DNA of 64,000 nt from an uncultured Candidatus Binatia bacterium (lineage in GTDB: Bacteria > Desulfobacterota > Binatia > UBA9968 > JAJDTQ01), in assembly GCA_965242525.1 (NCBI GenBank), contig OZ251459.1:2336001-2400000 (forward strand), in the 5' to 3' direction. Below are positions 44,881-53,678 of this stretch, piece after piece. Position numbers and translations under genes: made by a program. The notes under the pieces were generated by a model. It was not told the origin of the DNA. It did no database searches and saw only the letters and a list, made by a program, of their open reading frames with translations. Positions within the stretch are counted from its first letter, which is position 1. Each line of letters starts with the position of its first letter.

Positions 44881-45015
44881 GCGCGTCCTTCGACTCCGCT
44901 TCGCTACGCTCAGGACGAACGGGGATGGGACGCTTCACTACGCCCGGGACGAACGGGGACAGGAGGATCAGGATGAGGGAATCCATCCTGGACGTCTCGA
45001 TTGTCCAGAGGTTCC
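44881..45015. mobile_element. MITE/REP family copy
   Basis: REP core and right end ATTGTCCAGAGGTTCC. Confidence 0.75.
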
Positions 45016-45145
45016 TATCGTCTTCGACCGCCGCCTGTCAACGACCCGGACCGAGGTTCCGTGCGGGAAGGGTTGCCGGGAGTGCGAGGGCAAGGCGATG
45101 TTTCGTTCGGTCGGGATGGGAGCAAAGCGGGGCCACGGCAGCAGC

Positions 45146-45553
45146 TCAACGCCGTCCTTCGATCTCGTTCCGGGCCGCGCTGGACAGGAAGGCCGAGCGG
45201 GTCATGCCGCGGCGCTTCGCTTCGTCGTCGATGGCCTGGAGCAGGCCGTAGTCCAGAGAGACGTTGACACGCCGCGGAGAACCCTTGTCGAGGACGAGAG
45301 GAACGAAGGCCATGTCCGAGCCTTCCCGCCACTCGGCAAGGCTCGGGTCGGCCTTGATCTCCCCGACAGCGCGCGGTTCCGGGACCGCTTCCCCGTCCTC
45401 GATCATGCCCTCGACGTGAAAGGCCAACGCCGCGGCGCCGCGTTGGATCGTCTCCTCCACGGTGTCGCCATCCGATACACACCCGGGAAAGTCGGGGAAG
45501 CTGATGCCGAAACCGGGGCCGTCACCACCGTGGATGAACGCGACGTAGCGCAT
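45146..45553 (-). CDS. hicB: HicB antitoxin (RHH C-terminus)
   Basis: FGISFPDFPGCVSDGDT...RRVNVSLD...RGMTRSAFL. Confidence 0.93.
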   Translation of the reverse strand: MRYVAFIHGGDGPGFGISFPDFPGCVSDGDTVEETIQRGAAALAFHVEGMIEDGEAVPEPRAVGEIKADPSLAEWREGSDMAFVPLVLDKGSPRRVNVSLDYGLLQAIDDEAKRRGMTRSAFLSSAARNEIEGRR

Positions 45554-45565
45554 GGGATCCTCCTT

Positions 45566-45754
45566 TCACTTCCAGCCAGCCTGCCTGTAGATCGAGACAA
45601 CCGTACCTCGTTTGAGGTCCCTGTTCGGGTGGGGCACCGTGACGCGGCTTCTTCTGACAGGATTCTTGAACTGGTAATGACTGCCCCTGGTGGCGACAAG
45701 AAACCATCCATCCCGTTTCAAGAGCCTGATCAACTTGCGACTGTCACGTTCCAT
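45566..45754 (-). CDS. hicA: HicA mRNA interferase toxin
   Basis: LLKRDGW...GSHYQFK...VTVPHP..DLKRGTVVSIYRQAG. Confidence 0.93.
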   Translation of the reverse strand: MERDSRKLIRLLKRDGWFLVATRGSHYQFKNPVRRSRVTVPHPNRDLKRGTVVSIYRQAGWK

Positions 45755-45766
45755 GCCCTGCCATCT

Positions 45767-45786
45767 TTGTGTATTAAAATACACAA
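45767..45786. promoter_or_regulatory. Palindromic operator, probably HicB autoregulation
   Basis: TTGTGTATT-AA-AATACACAA perfect inverted repeat 12 bp upstream of hicA. Confidence 0.7.
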
Positions 45787-45894
45787 TTTCGACAGCTCGG
45801 ACAACCACCCTGAAGACCTCTCCAGGACTCTGTGTGGGTATAGACCGGTAACATGGTTTACACGGCAAGGGGTGTCGGCAAGGAGGGAGAGATA

Positions 45895-45975
45895 AGCGCG
45901 CCCTTCGACTCCGCTTCGCTACGCTCACTCAGGACGAACGGGGACAGGAGGGTCAGGATGAGGGAATCCATCTCC
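45895..45975. repeat. REP/MITE family copy
   Basis: CCCTTCGACTCCGCTTCGCTACGCTCA...GGACGAACGGGG...GGGAATCCATC. Confidence 0.75.
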
Positions 45976-46020
45976 AAGGGGTGAAGCGGTTGGACGGGGG
46001 CGAGGGGCGGGGGCGGACGT

Positions 46021-46053
46021 AAAAAGGGGCCGTCCCCGGAAGGACAGCCCCTC
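46021..46053 (-). terminator. Intrinsic terminator of the full-length porin gene
   Basis: Minus strand AGGGGCTGTCC-TTCCGG-GGACGGCCCCT followed by TTTT. Confidence 0.8.
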
Positions 46054-46077
46054 TTGTTTCAAGCCGAAACGATGACC

Positions 46078-47469
46078 CTAGAACCTGTACTCTGCGACCA
46101 GGGTGAAGGTGCTGAAGGACTTGCCGTTTTCGGATACATCCTCCACGTTGTCGGCACACACCAACGGGTCGCACTCGTACCGGTCCCAGATACCGTGGAT
46201 CTGCATCCAGCCGCCGGGGACATGGTACACGACCGCCCAACCCAGGTTCTTCACTTCGCCGATGCCCTTGTCAGCGCCCTCGTCGTCCACGCCGGTGTCC
46301 TTGAGGTCGATGACGGAATACATCGGAGAGGTGGAGATGCCGCCTTCGCTCTTGCTTCCGCCCATCATGCCGCTCTTGGGACCCCACAGCCATACGTTGA
46401 GCGCAACCCTCCACTCGGTGGCCTTCAGGTCAGCCGTCACGCCACTGTCGGCGTCGGCCTTCCAGTCGATGAAATGGGCAGCCAACGAGACCGGCTTGAG
46501 GGGACTCCACTGGAGGCCGTGTCCCACGAAGGTGTGGTCGCCCACAGCCTTTCCGAGGTTGGCCAACTCGACCTGCTTGGTGGCGTTGGTGGTCTTGAGC
46601 ACGGCGGCGCCTTCGTTGTAACCGTTGCTCAGGCCCTCGTAGGCGAAGTCGTACTGGAGGCTGCTCATGTCGATGCCGCCCATGCTCTTGGAGGCGCCAA
46701 GTGGCCTCAGGCCGAGGGTGAAGAGCATCGAACGGGAGTTGTCGCTGACGTCTGGATGCTTGCCGTACTCATCCATTTCGTCGTGGCCGATGGCGAAGTT
46801 CAGGAAGGCGACCTTCGCGGCTCCCATGTTGGGGAGCTTGTTCCATGCGAGCACGAGGCTCCGGTCCTGGCCTCCGGCGAAGCCCAGGTTGTCAGCGAGG
46901 ATGGAGTCTTCAACCCGGTAGGCTCCCTCGCTCAAGCCCTTGATGCTGGGGTTGAACCCGAATCCCACCGTGGGGAGGTAGGGGTTCATCTTCTCGAAGT
47001 GGAGGTAGCCATCGCCATCAAAGGCCGCGTCTTGGGAGCCGCCGCCGTTGAAGGTCCACTTCACTTCGTAGAAGCCCTGCTGCGAGGTCACGTTGATGGA
47101 CGGGCGGAACCGCCGAATCCGGATCTGGCCCTGCTGGTAGCCCTCCTCGTCGTTGTCCTCCGTTAGGTAGAATGTCGAGAAGAGCTGCAGCCTCTGGGTG
47201 AAGTTGATGCTCCAGTTGTTGTCCGCGGCAGCGATGGTCAGGCCCTTGCCGGCGCCGTACTTGAAGCTCGGCATCTTCATCTCGGCGGCGAGGGCGCGCT
47301 CTTCGTCAACCGTCTCCTGCCTCTGCTTCAACTCGGCGATCTGGCGCTCCAGGTCGGCGATCTTGGCATCCACCTCGCTGGCCTGTAGCGGGGATGCCGC
47401 AAACGTCATTGCTCCAACCAAAAACAGGGCACTCGCGATGCCAAGCGCCCGCCTCGAGAGTTTTTTCAT
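46078..47469 (-). CDS. Outer-membrane beta-barrel porin (OprP/OprO-like), full length
   Basis: AGGAGG RBS, signal peptide, short coiled coil, GKGLTIAAADNNWSINFTQRLQ, RIRRFRP, C-terminal AEYRF. Confidence 0.82.
   Translation of the reverse strand: MKKLSRRALGIASALFLVGAMTFAASPLQASEVDAKIADLERQIAELKQRQETVDEERALAAEMKMPSFKYGAGKGLTIAAADNNWSINFTQRLQLFSTFYLTEDNDEEGYQQGQIRIRRFRPSINVTSQQGFYEVKWTFNGGGSQDAAFDGDGYLHFEKMNPYLPTVGFGFNPSIKGLSEGAYRVEDSILADNLGFAGGQDRSLVLAWNKLPNMGAAKVAFLNFAIGHDEMDEYGKHPDVSDNSRSMLFTLGLRPLGASKSMGGIDMSSLQYDFAYEGLSNGYNEGAAVLKTTNATKQVELANLGKAVGDHTFVGHGLQWSPLKPVSLAAHFIDWKADADSGVTADLKATEWRVALNVWLWGPKSGMMGGSKSEGGISTSPMYSVIDLKDTGVDDEGADKGIGEVKNLGWAVVYHVPGGWMQIHGIWDRYECDPLVCADNVEDVSENGKSFSTFTLVAEYRF
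47155..47182 (-). other. Putative recombinase site B inside the porin gene
   Basis: Minus strand CTTCTCGACAT-TCTACC-TAACGGAGGAC: same spacer and near-identical inner arm as site A, in inverted orientation. Confidence 0.65.
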
Positions 47470-47704
47470 GACCTCCTCCTTCTAACCGAAAGTGTGCCGA
47501 CACGGGAACGTCGGCCCGGAACGAACAAAAATCTTACGGGAAGTTATCTACTAATTCTACGGCCCTCCCGCAACTGACCGAAAGTACACTTTTCCCCGAA
47601 AACACCCTGTCAACGGTTCAGAGGGATAGGCCGAAAGTTGCAAACATCGACAAAAATGGGTAGAGTGTCGCCGAACTTGTGGAAAACATCGGAGGATTCC
47701 AGCC

Positions 47705-48361
47705 ATGGAGTCGATAAGGATCGTGGTCGCCGACGACCATACACTGTTTCGCGCGGGTTTGAAACGGTTGCTGACGCGGGAGAAGGACCTGCTGGTGACC
47801 GGGGAGGCGGGGCGGGCCGAGGATACGGAGCCCGCGGTGGCCAGGGGCAAGGCCGACGTGCTGTTGCTGGACCTCAGGATGCCGGGCGGCGATGCGGTGC
47901 AGACGCTGCTGGACCTGGAGGAGCGGCGCCCCCGGACCCGGACGGTGATCCTCACCGCGTTCGACCACGAGGACGGCATACTCGACACGGCCAAGGCCGG
48001 GGCCCGGGGCTACGTGCTCAAGGGGGTTTCGCCCACGACCCTCTTCCAGGCCATACGGACCGTCCACGAGGGGGGGATCTGGATCGATCCGGGGCTGCCC
48101 CAGGCCGGCGAGTTCTCGGCCATCGCCTCGCGGCGGACCAGGACGGAGCCGTCGAGGAAGGAGCCCGACGGCATCGACACCCTGAGCCGGCGGGAGATGG
48201 AGGTGCTGCGGCTGGTGGCCGAGGGGCTCTCCAACGAAGAGATCGCCGCCAACACCTTCATCAGCGAACGCACCGTCAAGGCCCACCTGGCCAACATCTT
48301 CGGCAAGCTCCAGGTGAACAACCGGGTCAAGGCGGCGCTCGCGTTCCTGAGGAGGGGTTGA
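47705..48361 (+). CDS. NarL/LuxR-family response regulator
   Basis: VADDH, LLDLRMP, GARGYVLK, LSRREMEVL...TVKAHLANIFGKL. Confidence 0.95.
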   Translation: MESIRIVVADDHTLFRAGLKRLLTREKDLLVTGEAGRAEDTEPAVARGKADVLLLDLRMPGGDAVQTLLDLEERRPRTRTVILTAFDHEDGILDTAKAGARGYVLKGVSPTTLFQAIRTVHEGGIWIDPGLPQAGEFSAIASRRTRTEPSRKEPDGIDTLSRREMEVLRLVAEGLSNEEIAANTFISERTVKAHLANIFGKLQVNNRVKAALAFLRRG

Positions 48362-48365
48362 GGGG

Positions 48366-48407
48366 GCGTCCTTCGACTTCGCTTCGCTACGCTCAGGACG
48401 AACGGGG
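48366..48407. repeat. REP core overlapping the MFS stop codon
   Basis: GCGTCCTTCGACTTCGCTTCGCTACGCTCAGGACGAACGGGG. Confidence 0.85.
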
Positions 48408-49733
48408 AGGGGTGTTCCCGATCCTCGATTTACCGCGCTCCTCGTCCACCCGTTGGACCAGCGCCAGCCCGACGACGAAGAACACCAGCACCACGGCCAT
48501 GCCCGCGCGCTGGGAGCCGAACAGGCGCGTCAGCTCGCCCAGCAGGAAAGGGCCTACGAAGGCGGTGGCCTTGCCCGAGAAGGCGAACAGCCCGTAGAGC
48601 TCGTTCTTCTTGTCGGGCGGCGCGAAGCGGCCCAGGAGGGAGCGGCTGGCGGCCTGGTTGGGGCCGGCGCACAGGCCGATGAGGAGGCCGGCGCCCCAGA
48701 AGAGCGTCCGCTTGGCGGCGAGGAGGGCCGTCAGGGACGCCAGGATGAAGCCCACCAGGCTGATCTGGATGGTGCGCTTGCCGCCCAGCCGGTCGTCCAC
48801 GAACCCGAGGGCGAAAGCGCCTGCGCCCGCGGCCACGTTGAGGACCAGGCCGAAGACCAGCAACTCCTCGAAGGTGAAGCCGAAGACGCCGGCCGCGTAG
48901 ATGCCGCCGAAGGCGAAGACGGTGTTCAGCCCGTCGGCGTAGAAGAGACGGGCCAGCAACAGCCGGAAGATGTCGGGGTAGCGGCGGACTTGGCGGAAAG
49001 TCGCTGCCAACTGCCGGAAGGAGTCGGACAGGGGCGCCCGCAAGGCGTGTGCGGACGCGGGCCGTTCCCGCACCCAAAGGAAGAACGGCACGCTGAACAC
49101 GGCGAACCAGACGGCCACCAGCAGGTTGGTGGCGCGGATGTGCTGGTAGCCTTCCCTGGCGAGGCCGAACCAGGGGGTCTCCGCGTCCACGAAGCCCACC
49201 AGGGCGATGCCCAGAGCGCTCAGGCCGCCCACGTAGCCCAGGGCCCAGCCGTAGCCCGAGACCCGGCCGATGCGGTCCGGCGGCGCCACGTCGGGCAGGA
49301 AAGCGTTGTAGAACACCCCGCCCAGCTCGAAGGCGACGTTGGCCAAGGTGAACCAGAACAGCGCCTTGGTCACCTGGCCGGGCATGGCGGTGTAGAGAAA
49401 GGCCGCGCCGACCACGGCCATCGCGGTGAAGGAGCCGAGGAAGCGTTTGCGGTGGCCCACCCGGTCGGCCAGGGCGCCCAGGAGCGGCGACAGCAACGCC
49501 ACCGCGACCGCGGTCAAGCTGACGCTCCGGGACCACAGCCACGTGCCCGTGACCTCGTCGGGAGCGATGACCTTGGTGAAGAACGCGGCGTAGATGAAGG
49601 TGACCACGAGGGTCGTGAAGGCGGAGTTGGCGAAGTCGTAGAAGCACCAAGCGACGATGCCGCGGCGGTCGGTGGGGGGGACGGGGTAGCTGGTGGGGGG
49701 GTTGGGAGGGTTGGCGGGGCGGTCGGTGGACAT
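48393..49733 (-). CDS. MFS transporter (UMF1/Atg22-like)
   Basis: AWCFYDFANSAF, YNAFLP, GRVSGYGWALGYVGG, GPNQAASRS. Confidence 0.92.
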   Translation of the reverse strand: MSTDRPANPPNPPTSYPVPPTDRRGIVAWCFYDFANSAFTTLVVTFIYAAFFTKVIAPDEVTGTWLWSRSVSLTAVAVALLSPLLGALADRVGHRKRFLGSFTAMAVVGAAFLYTAMPGQVTKALFWFTLANVAFELGGVFYNAFLPDVAPPDRIGRVSGYGWALGYVGGLSALGIALVGFVDAETPWFGLAREGYQHIRATNLLVAVWFAVFSVPFFLWVRERPASAHALRAPLSDSFRQLAATFRQVRRYPDIFRLLLARLFYADGLNTVFAFGGIYAAGVFGFTFEELLVFGLVLNVAAGAGAFALGFVDDRLGGKRTIQISLVGFILASLTALLAAKRTLFWGAGLLIGLCAGPNQAASRSLLGRFAPPDKKNELYGLFAFSGKATAFVGPFLLGELTRLFGSQRAGMAVVLVFFVVGLALVQRVDEERGKSRIGNTPPRSS

Positions 49734-49895
49734 GGGAACTCCGTGCTCCGTGTGGCGCCGTGGGTCGAGCGGGGCGCCGTGGTCGATCTGGGCGCCGTGG
49801 GTCGAGACGACGTTCGGCCCTGCTCCAAAGCCACCGATGCTACACGCCATTGGCGTCGGATGCCAGCGATGCCCCGGTTTCCCGGTCCGCAATTC

Positions 49896-49924
49896 TTGAC
49901 AGCGCCGCGGGGTCGGAGTAACGT
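49896..49924 (+). promoter_or_regulatory. Sigma70-type promoter, probably giving a leaderless mRNA
   Basis: TTGACA-N17-TAACGT; ATG begins 7 nt after the -10 box; no SD. Confidence 0.6.
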
Positions 49925-49930
49925 GTAAGC

Positions 49931-50281
49931 ATGTCTCCCGAGTTCATCGCCGTCATCGGCGCCGCCATCGCCCTTGCCGCGGTCATCCTTTCCAGCCAAC
50001 GGGCCATGCGAAAGGAAATCAGCGACATGAGGCAGGAAATGGGCGGCATGGGGAAAGAAATGGGCGACATGAGGAAGGAAATGTACCAGGAAATCGGTAA
50101 ACTGCGTCAGGAAGTACGCCAGGAAATCGGCAAGGTGCACCAGGAAATCGGCAAGGTGCACCAGGAAATCGGCGACCTGCGGGAACGAATGGCGCGCCTC
50201 GAAGGGATGTTCGAAGGGTTCACGAGAACCATGCCGGGCCGTCAACCCGAGGCCGCGCCAAGCCCCCAATCTCCGCAGTAG
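49931..50281 (+). CDS. TM-anchored coiled-coil protein with heptad repeats
   Basis: MSPEFIAVIGAAIALAAVIL, QEIGKVH repeats, LRERMARLEG. Confidence 0.82.
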   Translation: MSPEFIAVIGAAIALAAVILSSQRAMRKEISDMRQEMGGMGKEMGDMRKEMYQEIGKLRQEVRQEIGKVHQEIGKVHQEIGDLRERMARLEGMFEGFTRTMPGRQPEAAPSPQSPQ

Positions 50282-50318
50282 GCCGTCGCCGCGGCCCCCG
50301 CCGAGGGGGGAGGAACCC

Positions 50319-50789
50319 ATGAGCTTCGTACGGACGATCCGGCGCACCGCGATGGTCGCGGCAGTGGTTGCGGCGTTGGCGGGAGCCGCGGGCACCGCGC
50401 TGGCGGTGGACCCGGTCTTTTCCACCTACCTTGGGGGCGCCATCCGGGGATACGACCCGGTGGCCTACTTCACCGAGGGACGGCCGGTGAAGGGCAAGAG
50501 GGCCCATCGCGCCGAATGGATGGGCGCCACGTGGTCCTTTGCCAGCGAGGAGAACCGCAAGCTGTTCGAGTCGGACCCGGAGAAGTACGCGCCCCGGTAC
50601 GGCGGCTACTGCGCCTGGGCGGTGAGCCGGGGCTACACGGCCTCCATCGACCCGGACGCATGGAGCATCGTGGACGGCGCGCTGTACCTGAACTACAGCC
50701 TGGGCGTCAGGGACCAGTGGTCGCAGGACGTCCCCGGCAACATCGCCAACGGAGACGCCAACTGGCCCGTGCTACTGGGACGGAAGTGA
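50319..50789 (+). CDS. YHS-domain exported protein
   Basis: AIRGYDPVAYF, FASEENRKLF, PRYGGYCAWAV. Confidence 0.92.
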   Translation: MSFVRTIRRTAMVAAVVAALAGAAGTALAVDPVFSTYLGGAIRGYDPVAYFTEGRPVKGKRAHRAEWMGATWSFASEENRKLFESDPEKYAPRYGGYCAWAVSRGYTASIDPDAWSIVDGALYLNYSLGVRDQWSQDVPGNIANGDANWPVLLGRK

Positions 50790-50816
50790 GCCGCGGCGCT
50801 GCGACGGGCAAACGCC

Positions 50817-51770
50817 ATGCGATACGCGAAGCTCGACGCCAAGGACTACGCCCGTGAGAACATGAAGGGGGTCTGGGCCGCGGCCATGAACCCCTTTCGC
50901 GAGGACTTCTCGTTCGACGAGGAGGGGCTGCGCCGGAACATCCGGCACTGGATCGACGATCTGGGCATCGCAGGGCTCTTCATCGCCGGCAAGCAGGGGG
51001 AGTTCTTCTCCATGTCGCTGGAGGAGCGCAAGCGCAACTTCGAGATCGCGATGGAGGAAACGTGCGGCAGGGCCGGCGCCATCCTGTCCTGCTCGGACCA
51101 GAACTTCGACACCGTGGTGGCGCTGGCGCGCCACGCCGAGGCCGTGGGCGCCGACTACATCGTCGTGCACGCGCCCATCCTGCATTTCCTCACCGACCGG
51201 GACGACACGGTGTACAACTACTACAAGGAGCTCTGCGACCGCGTGGGCATCGGCATCGCCATGTGGAGCCACCCGGATTCCGGCTACCTGATGAGCCCGC
51301 AACTGTGCGCGCGGGTGGCGGAGTTGCCCAACGTCGTGGCCATCAAGTACTCGGCGCCGCGGCCCATGTACGCGGAGCTGACCCGGCTCGCCGGAGACCG
51401 GCTGATCGTCAGCACCGCGTCGGAAGCGGAATGGTTCGACAACATCGTGGAGCTAGGCTGGCGTCTCTACCTCTGCTCCTCGCCCCCCTACCTGCTCCAG
51501 ACCCGCAACGACCGGCGCATGCACGAATATACGGAGCTCGCGTTCCGGGGCGAGGTCCATGAGGCCCGCCGGGTCCGGGACAGCCTGAACCCCGTCCGCG
51601 AGGCCCTGGAGACCACCCGCCCCGGGGGCAAGCCCCAGGCGCACCAGAAGTACTGGCAGGAGTTGCTGGGCCAAGTCGGCGGCCCGGCCCGACCGCCCCT
51701 GCTCCAGCTCACCCAAGAGGAACGGGAACGGACCAGGACCGCCTTCGAGACCTGCGGCCTGAAGCTCTGA
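50817..51770 (+). CDS. Dihydrodipicolinate synthase-family (class I aldolase) protein
   Basis: GKQGEFFSMSLEER, PNVVAIKYS Schiff-base Lys. Confidence 0.88.
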   Translation: MRYAKLDAKDYARENMKGVWAAAMNPFREDFSFDEEGLRRNIRHWIDDLGIAGLFIAGKQGEFFSMSLEERKRNFEIAMEETCGRAGAILSCSDQNFDTVVALARHAEAVGADYIVVHAPILHFLTDRDDTVYNYYKELCDRVGIGIAMWSHPDSGYLMSPQLCARVAELPNVVAIKYSAPRPMYAELTRLAGDRLIVSTASEAEWFDNIVELGWRLYLCSSPPYLLQTRNDRRMHEYTELAFRGEVHEARRVRDSLNPVREALETTRPGGKPQAHQKYWQELLGQVGGPARPPLLQLTQEERERTRTAFETCGLKL

Positions 51771-51821
51771 CGACCCGGGCCAAGCCATCGACACCTGCCC
51801 GATCCCGAGCAATCCATCCCC

Positions 51822-51853
51822 GGAAAACCCTGAACAACCACCCCGTTCGTCCT
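51822..51853. repeat. Partial MITE left end
   Basis: GGAAAACCCTGAACAACCACCCCGTTCGTCCT. Confidence 0.6.
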
Positions 51854-52004
51854 CGGGGATACCCTCATTGCCTTACGCGGAGGAAAGATTGCAACCTATT
51901 GGAATTACAGGAAAAATCACTACCGCGAGAACCGTGGACAGAGGGGCGTCACCGACCCTGAACCCGTTGGGGCGCGCGTTTCCGTCTGCGCGGGGGGTGG
52001 ACAG

Positions 52005-53678
52005 TTGAGCGTCGTCCGGAACATGTCCGGGGGCCAAGCGGTGGCGCGGTGCCTTCGCAACGAAGGGGTCCGCCACGCGTTCTGCGTCCCCGGCGAGAGC
52101 TACATCGCCTTGCTGGACGGGCTGCGGGACGTCCCGGAGGTCACCCTCGTCACCAACCGGCACGAGGGCAGCGCCTGCCTGATGGCCGAAGCCTACGGCA
52201 AGACCACGCGCCGGCCGGGGGTGTGCATGGTCACCCGCGGCCCCGGCGCCGCCAACGCGAGCATCGGGGTGCACTTGGCCAAGTACGACTCGACGCCGCT
52301 GGTCCTGCTCGTCGGCCAGGTGGCCCGGGCGGCCCGGGGCCGGGAGGCCGGGCAGGAGATCGACTACACGCATTTCTTCGGCAGCATCGCCAAGTGGGTC
52401 ATCGAGGTCCACGACCCCCGGGAGGCGCCGCGGATCATGGCCCGGGCGTTCCACGTGGCTCGTTCGGGCCGCCCCGGCCCTGTGGTGGTCTCCCTTCCCA
52501 GGGACGTGCTGGAGGAGGAGGCGGATGTGGCCATGGTGGACCCCTATCCCGCGGCCCGGCCCCATCCGGACCCGGAGTTGATCCGGGCCATGGTGGATCG
52601 CGTCCGCAAGGCCGAGAAGCCGGTGCTGCTGGCGGGTTCCGGCGTCCAGTACGCCGACGCCCGGAACGAGCTCGTGGCCTTCGCCGAGAAGTTCCAGACG
52701 CCGGTGCTGAGCGCGTTCAAGCGCCAGGACGTCTTCCCCAACCGGCACCCCCACTACGTGGGCAACCTGGGGAGCCGCGACAACCACGCCAGGCAGATCG
52801 TGCGCGACGAAGCCGACCTGCTCCTGGTCGTCGGGTGCCGGTTCAACCAGCAGGCGTCCGGCAACTATACGCTGCCCCATCCGGGACTCTCCACCGTCCA
52901 GATCGACGCCGACCCCGCCAACATCGGACAGAACTTCCGTCCGCAGTTGGCCGTGGTTTCGGACCCGGGGCTGGCGTTGGCCGCGGCGCTTGCGTGCGAG
53001 GGGCCGGGCGCCAACGAGGCCCGGGCCGCTTGGATCGCCGGTTACCACGCCCGGCAGCGGCGATACAGCACGCCGCCCGAACGTCCCACCCGCGGCGTTT
53101 CCATGGAGCGGGTCATGGCGGACCTCAAGGCGGAAGCGCCGCCGGACGCCATCCACACGGGAGACGCGGGCAGCTTCGGCGGCTGGGTCCAGCGCTACAT
53201 CGAGTTCGACCACCCGGATTCCTACATCGTCCCGACCCTCGGCAGCATGGGGACCGGGGTGCCGGGCGCGGTCGCCGCCAAGCTGGCGCACCCGGAAAGG
53301 ACCGTCATCGCCCACGTGGGCGACGGCGGCTTCCTCATGACCGGGCAGGAGCTCGCCACCGCGCGGCAGTATGACGTCCGCGTCATCGTGGTCGTCTATG
53401 CCAACGGCTCCTACGGCACCATCCGCATGGACCAGGAGGCCCGGTACCCGGGCCGGAACTACGGCACCGACCTGCTGAACCCCGACTTTGCCGCCCTGGC
53501 GGAGGGCTACGGCGCCCTGGGGGTCCGGGTGGGCCGGGACCACGAGTTCCTGCCCGCGCTGCGGCAGGCCCTGGCCGCCCCGGGGTCCGCCCTCATCGAG
53601 GTGACGACGGACCTGGAATACGTCTCCCCCACCACGACCCTGTCGGAGGCCGCGGCCTCGCGGCGGGTCGCCACGTGA
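52005..53678 (+). CDS. Thiamine pyrophosphate-dependent enzyme (acetolactate synthase-like)
   Basis: VPGESY, RHEG, TRGPGAAN, GDGGFLM...NGSYGTIRM. Confidence 0.93.
   Translation: MSVVRNMSGGQAVARCLRNEGVRHAFCVPGESYIALLDGLRDVPEVTLVTNRHEGSACLMAEAYGKTTRRPGVCMVTRGPGAANASIGVHLAKYDSTPLVLLVGQVARAARGREAGQEIDYTHFFGSIAKWVIEVHDPREAPRIMARAFHVARSGRPGPVVVSLPRDVLEEEADVAMVDPYPAARPHPDPELIRAMVDRVRKAEKPVLLAGSGVQYADARNELVAFAEKFQTPVLSAFKRQDVFPNRHPHYVGNLGSRDNHARQIVRDEADLLLVVGCRFNQQASGNYTLPHPGLSTVQIDADPANIGQNFRPQLAVVSDPGLALAAALACEGPGANEARAAWIAGYHARQRRYSTPPERPTRGVSMERVMADLKAEAPPDAIHTGDAGSFGGWVQRYIEFDHPDSYIVPTLGSMGTGVPGAVAAKLAHPERTVIAHVGDGGFLMTGQELATARQYDVRVIVVVYANGSYGTIRMDQEARYPGRNYGTDLLNPDFAALAEGYGALGVRVGRDHEFLPALRQALAAPGSALIEVTTDLEYVSPTTTLSEAAASRRVAT

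Noticed and set aside
39398-45800. Integron or prophage
   Set aside because: The recombinase lacks the IntI-specific insertion, and no attC-like sites or phage structural genes were seen.
50319-50789. YHS protein as a selenoprotein
   Set aside because: The motif has Cys (GYCAW); no in-frame TGA.
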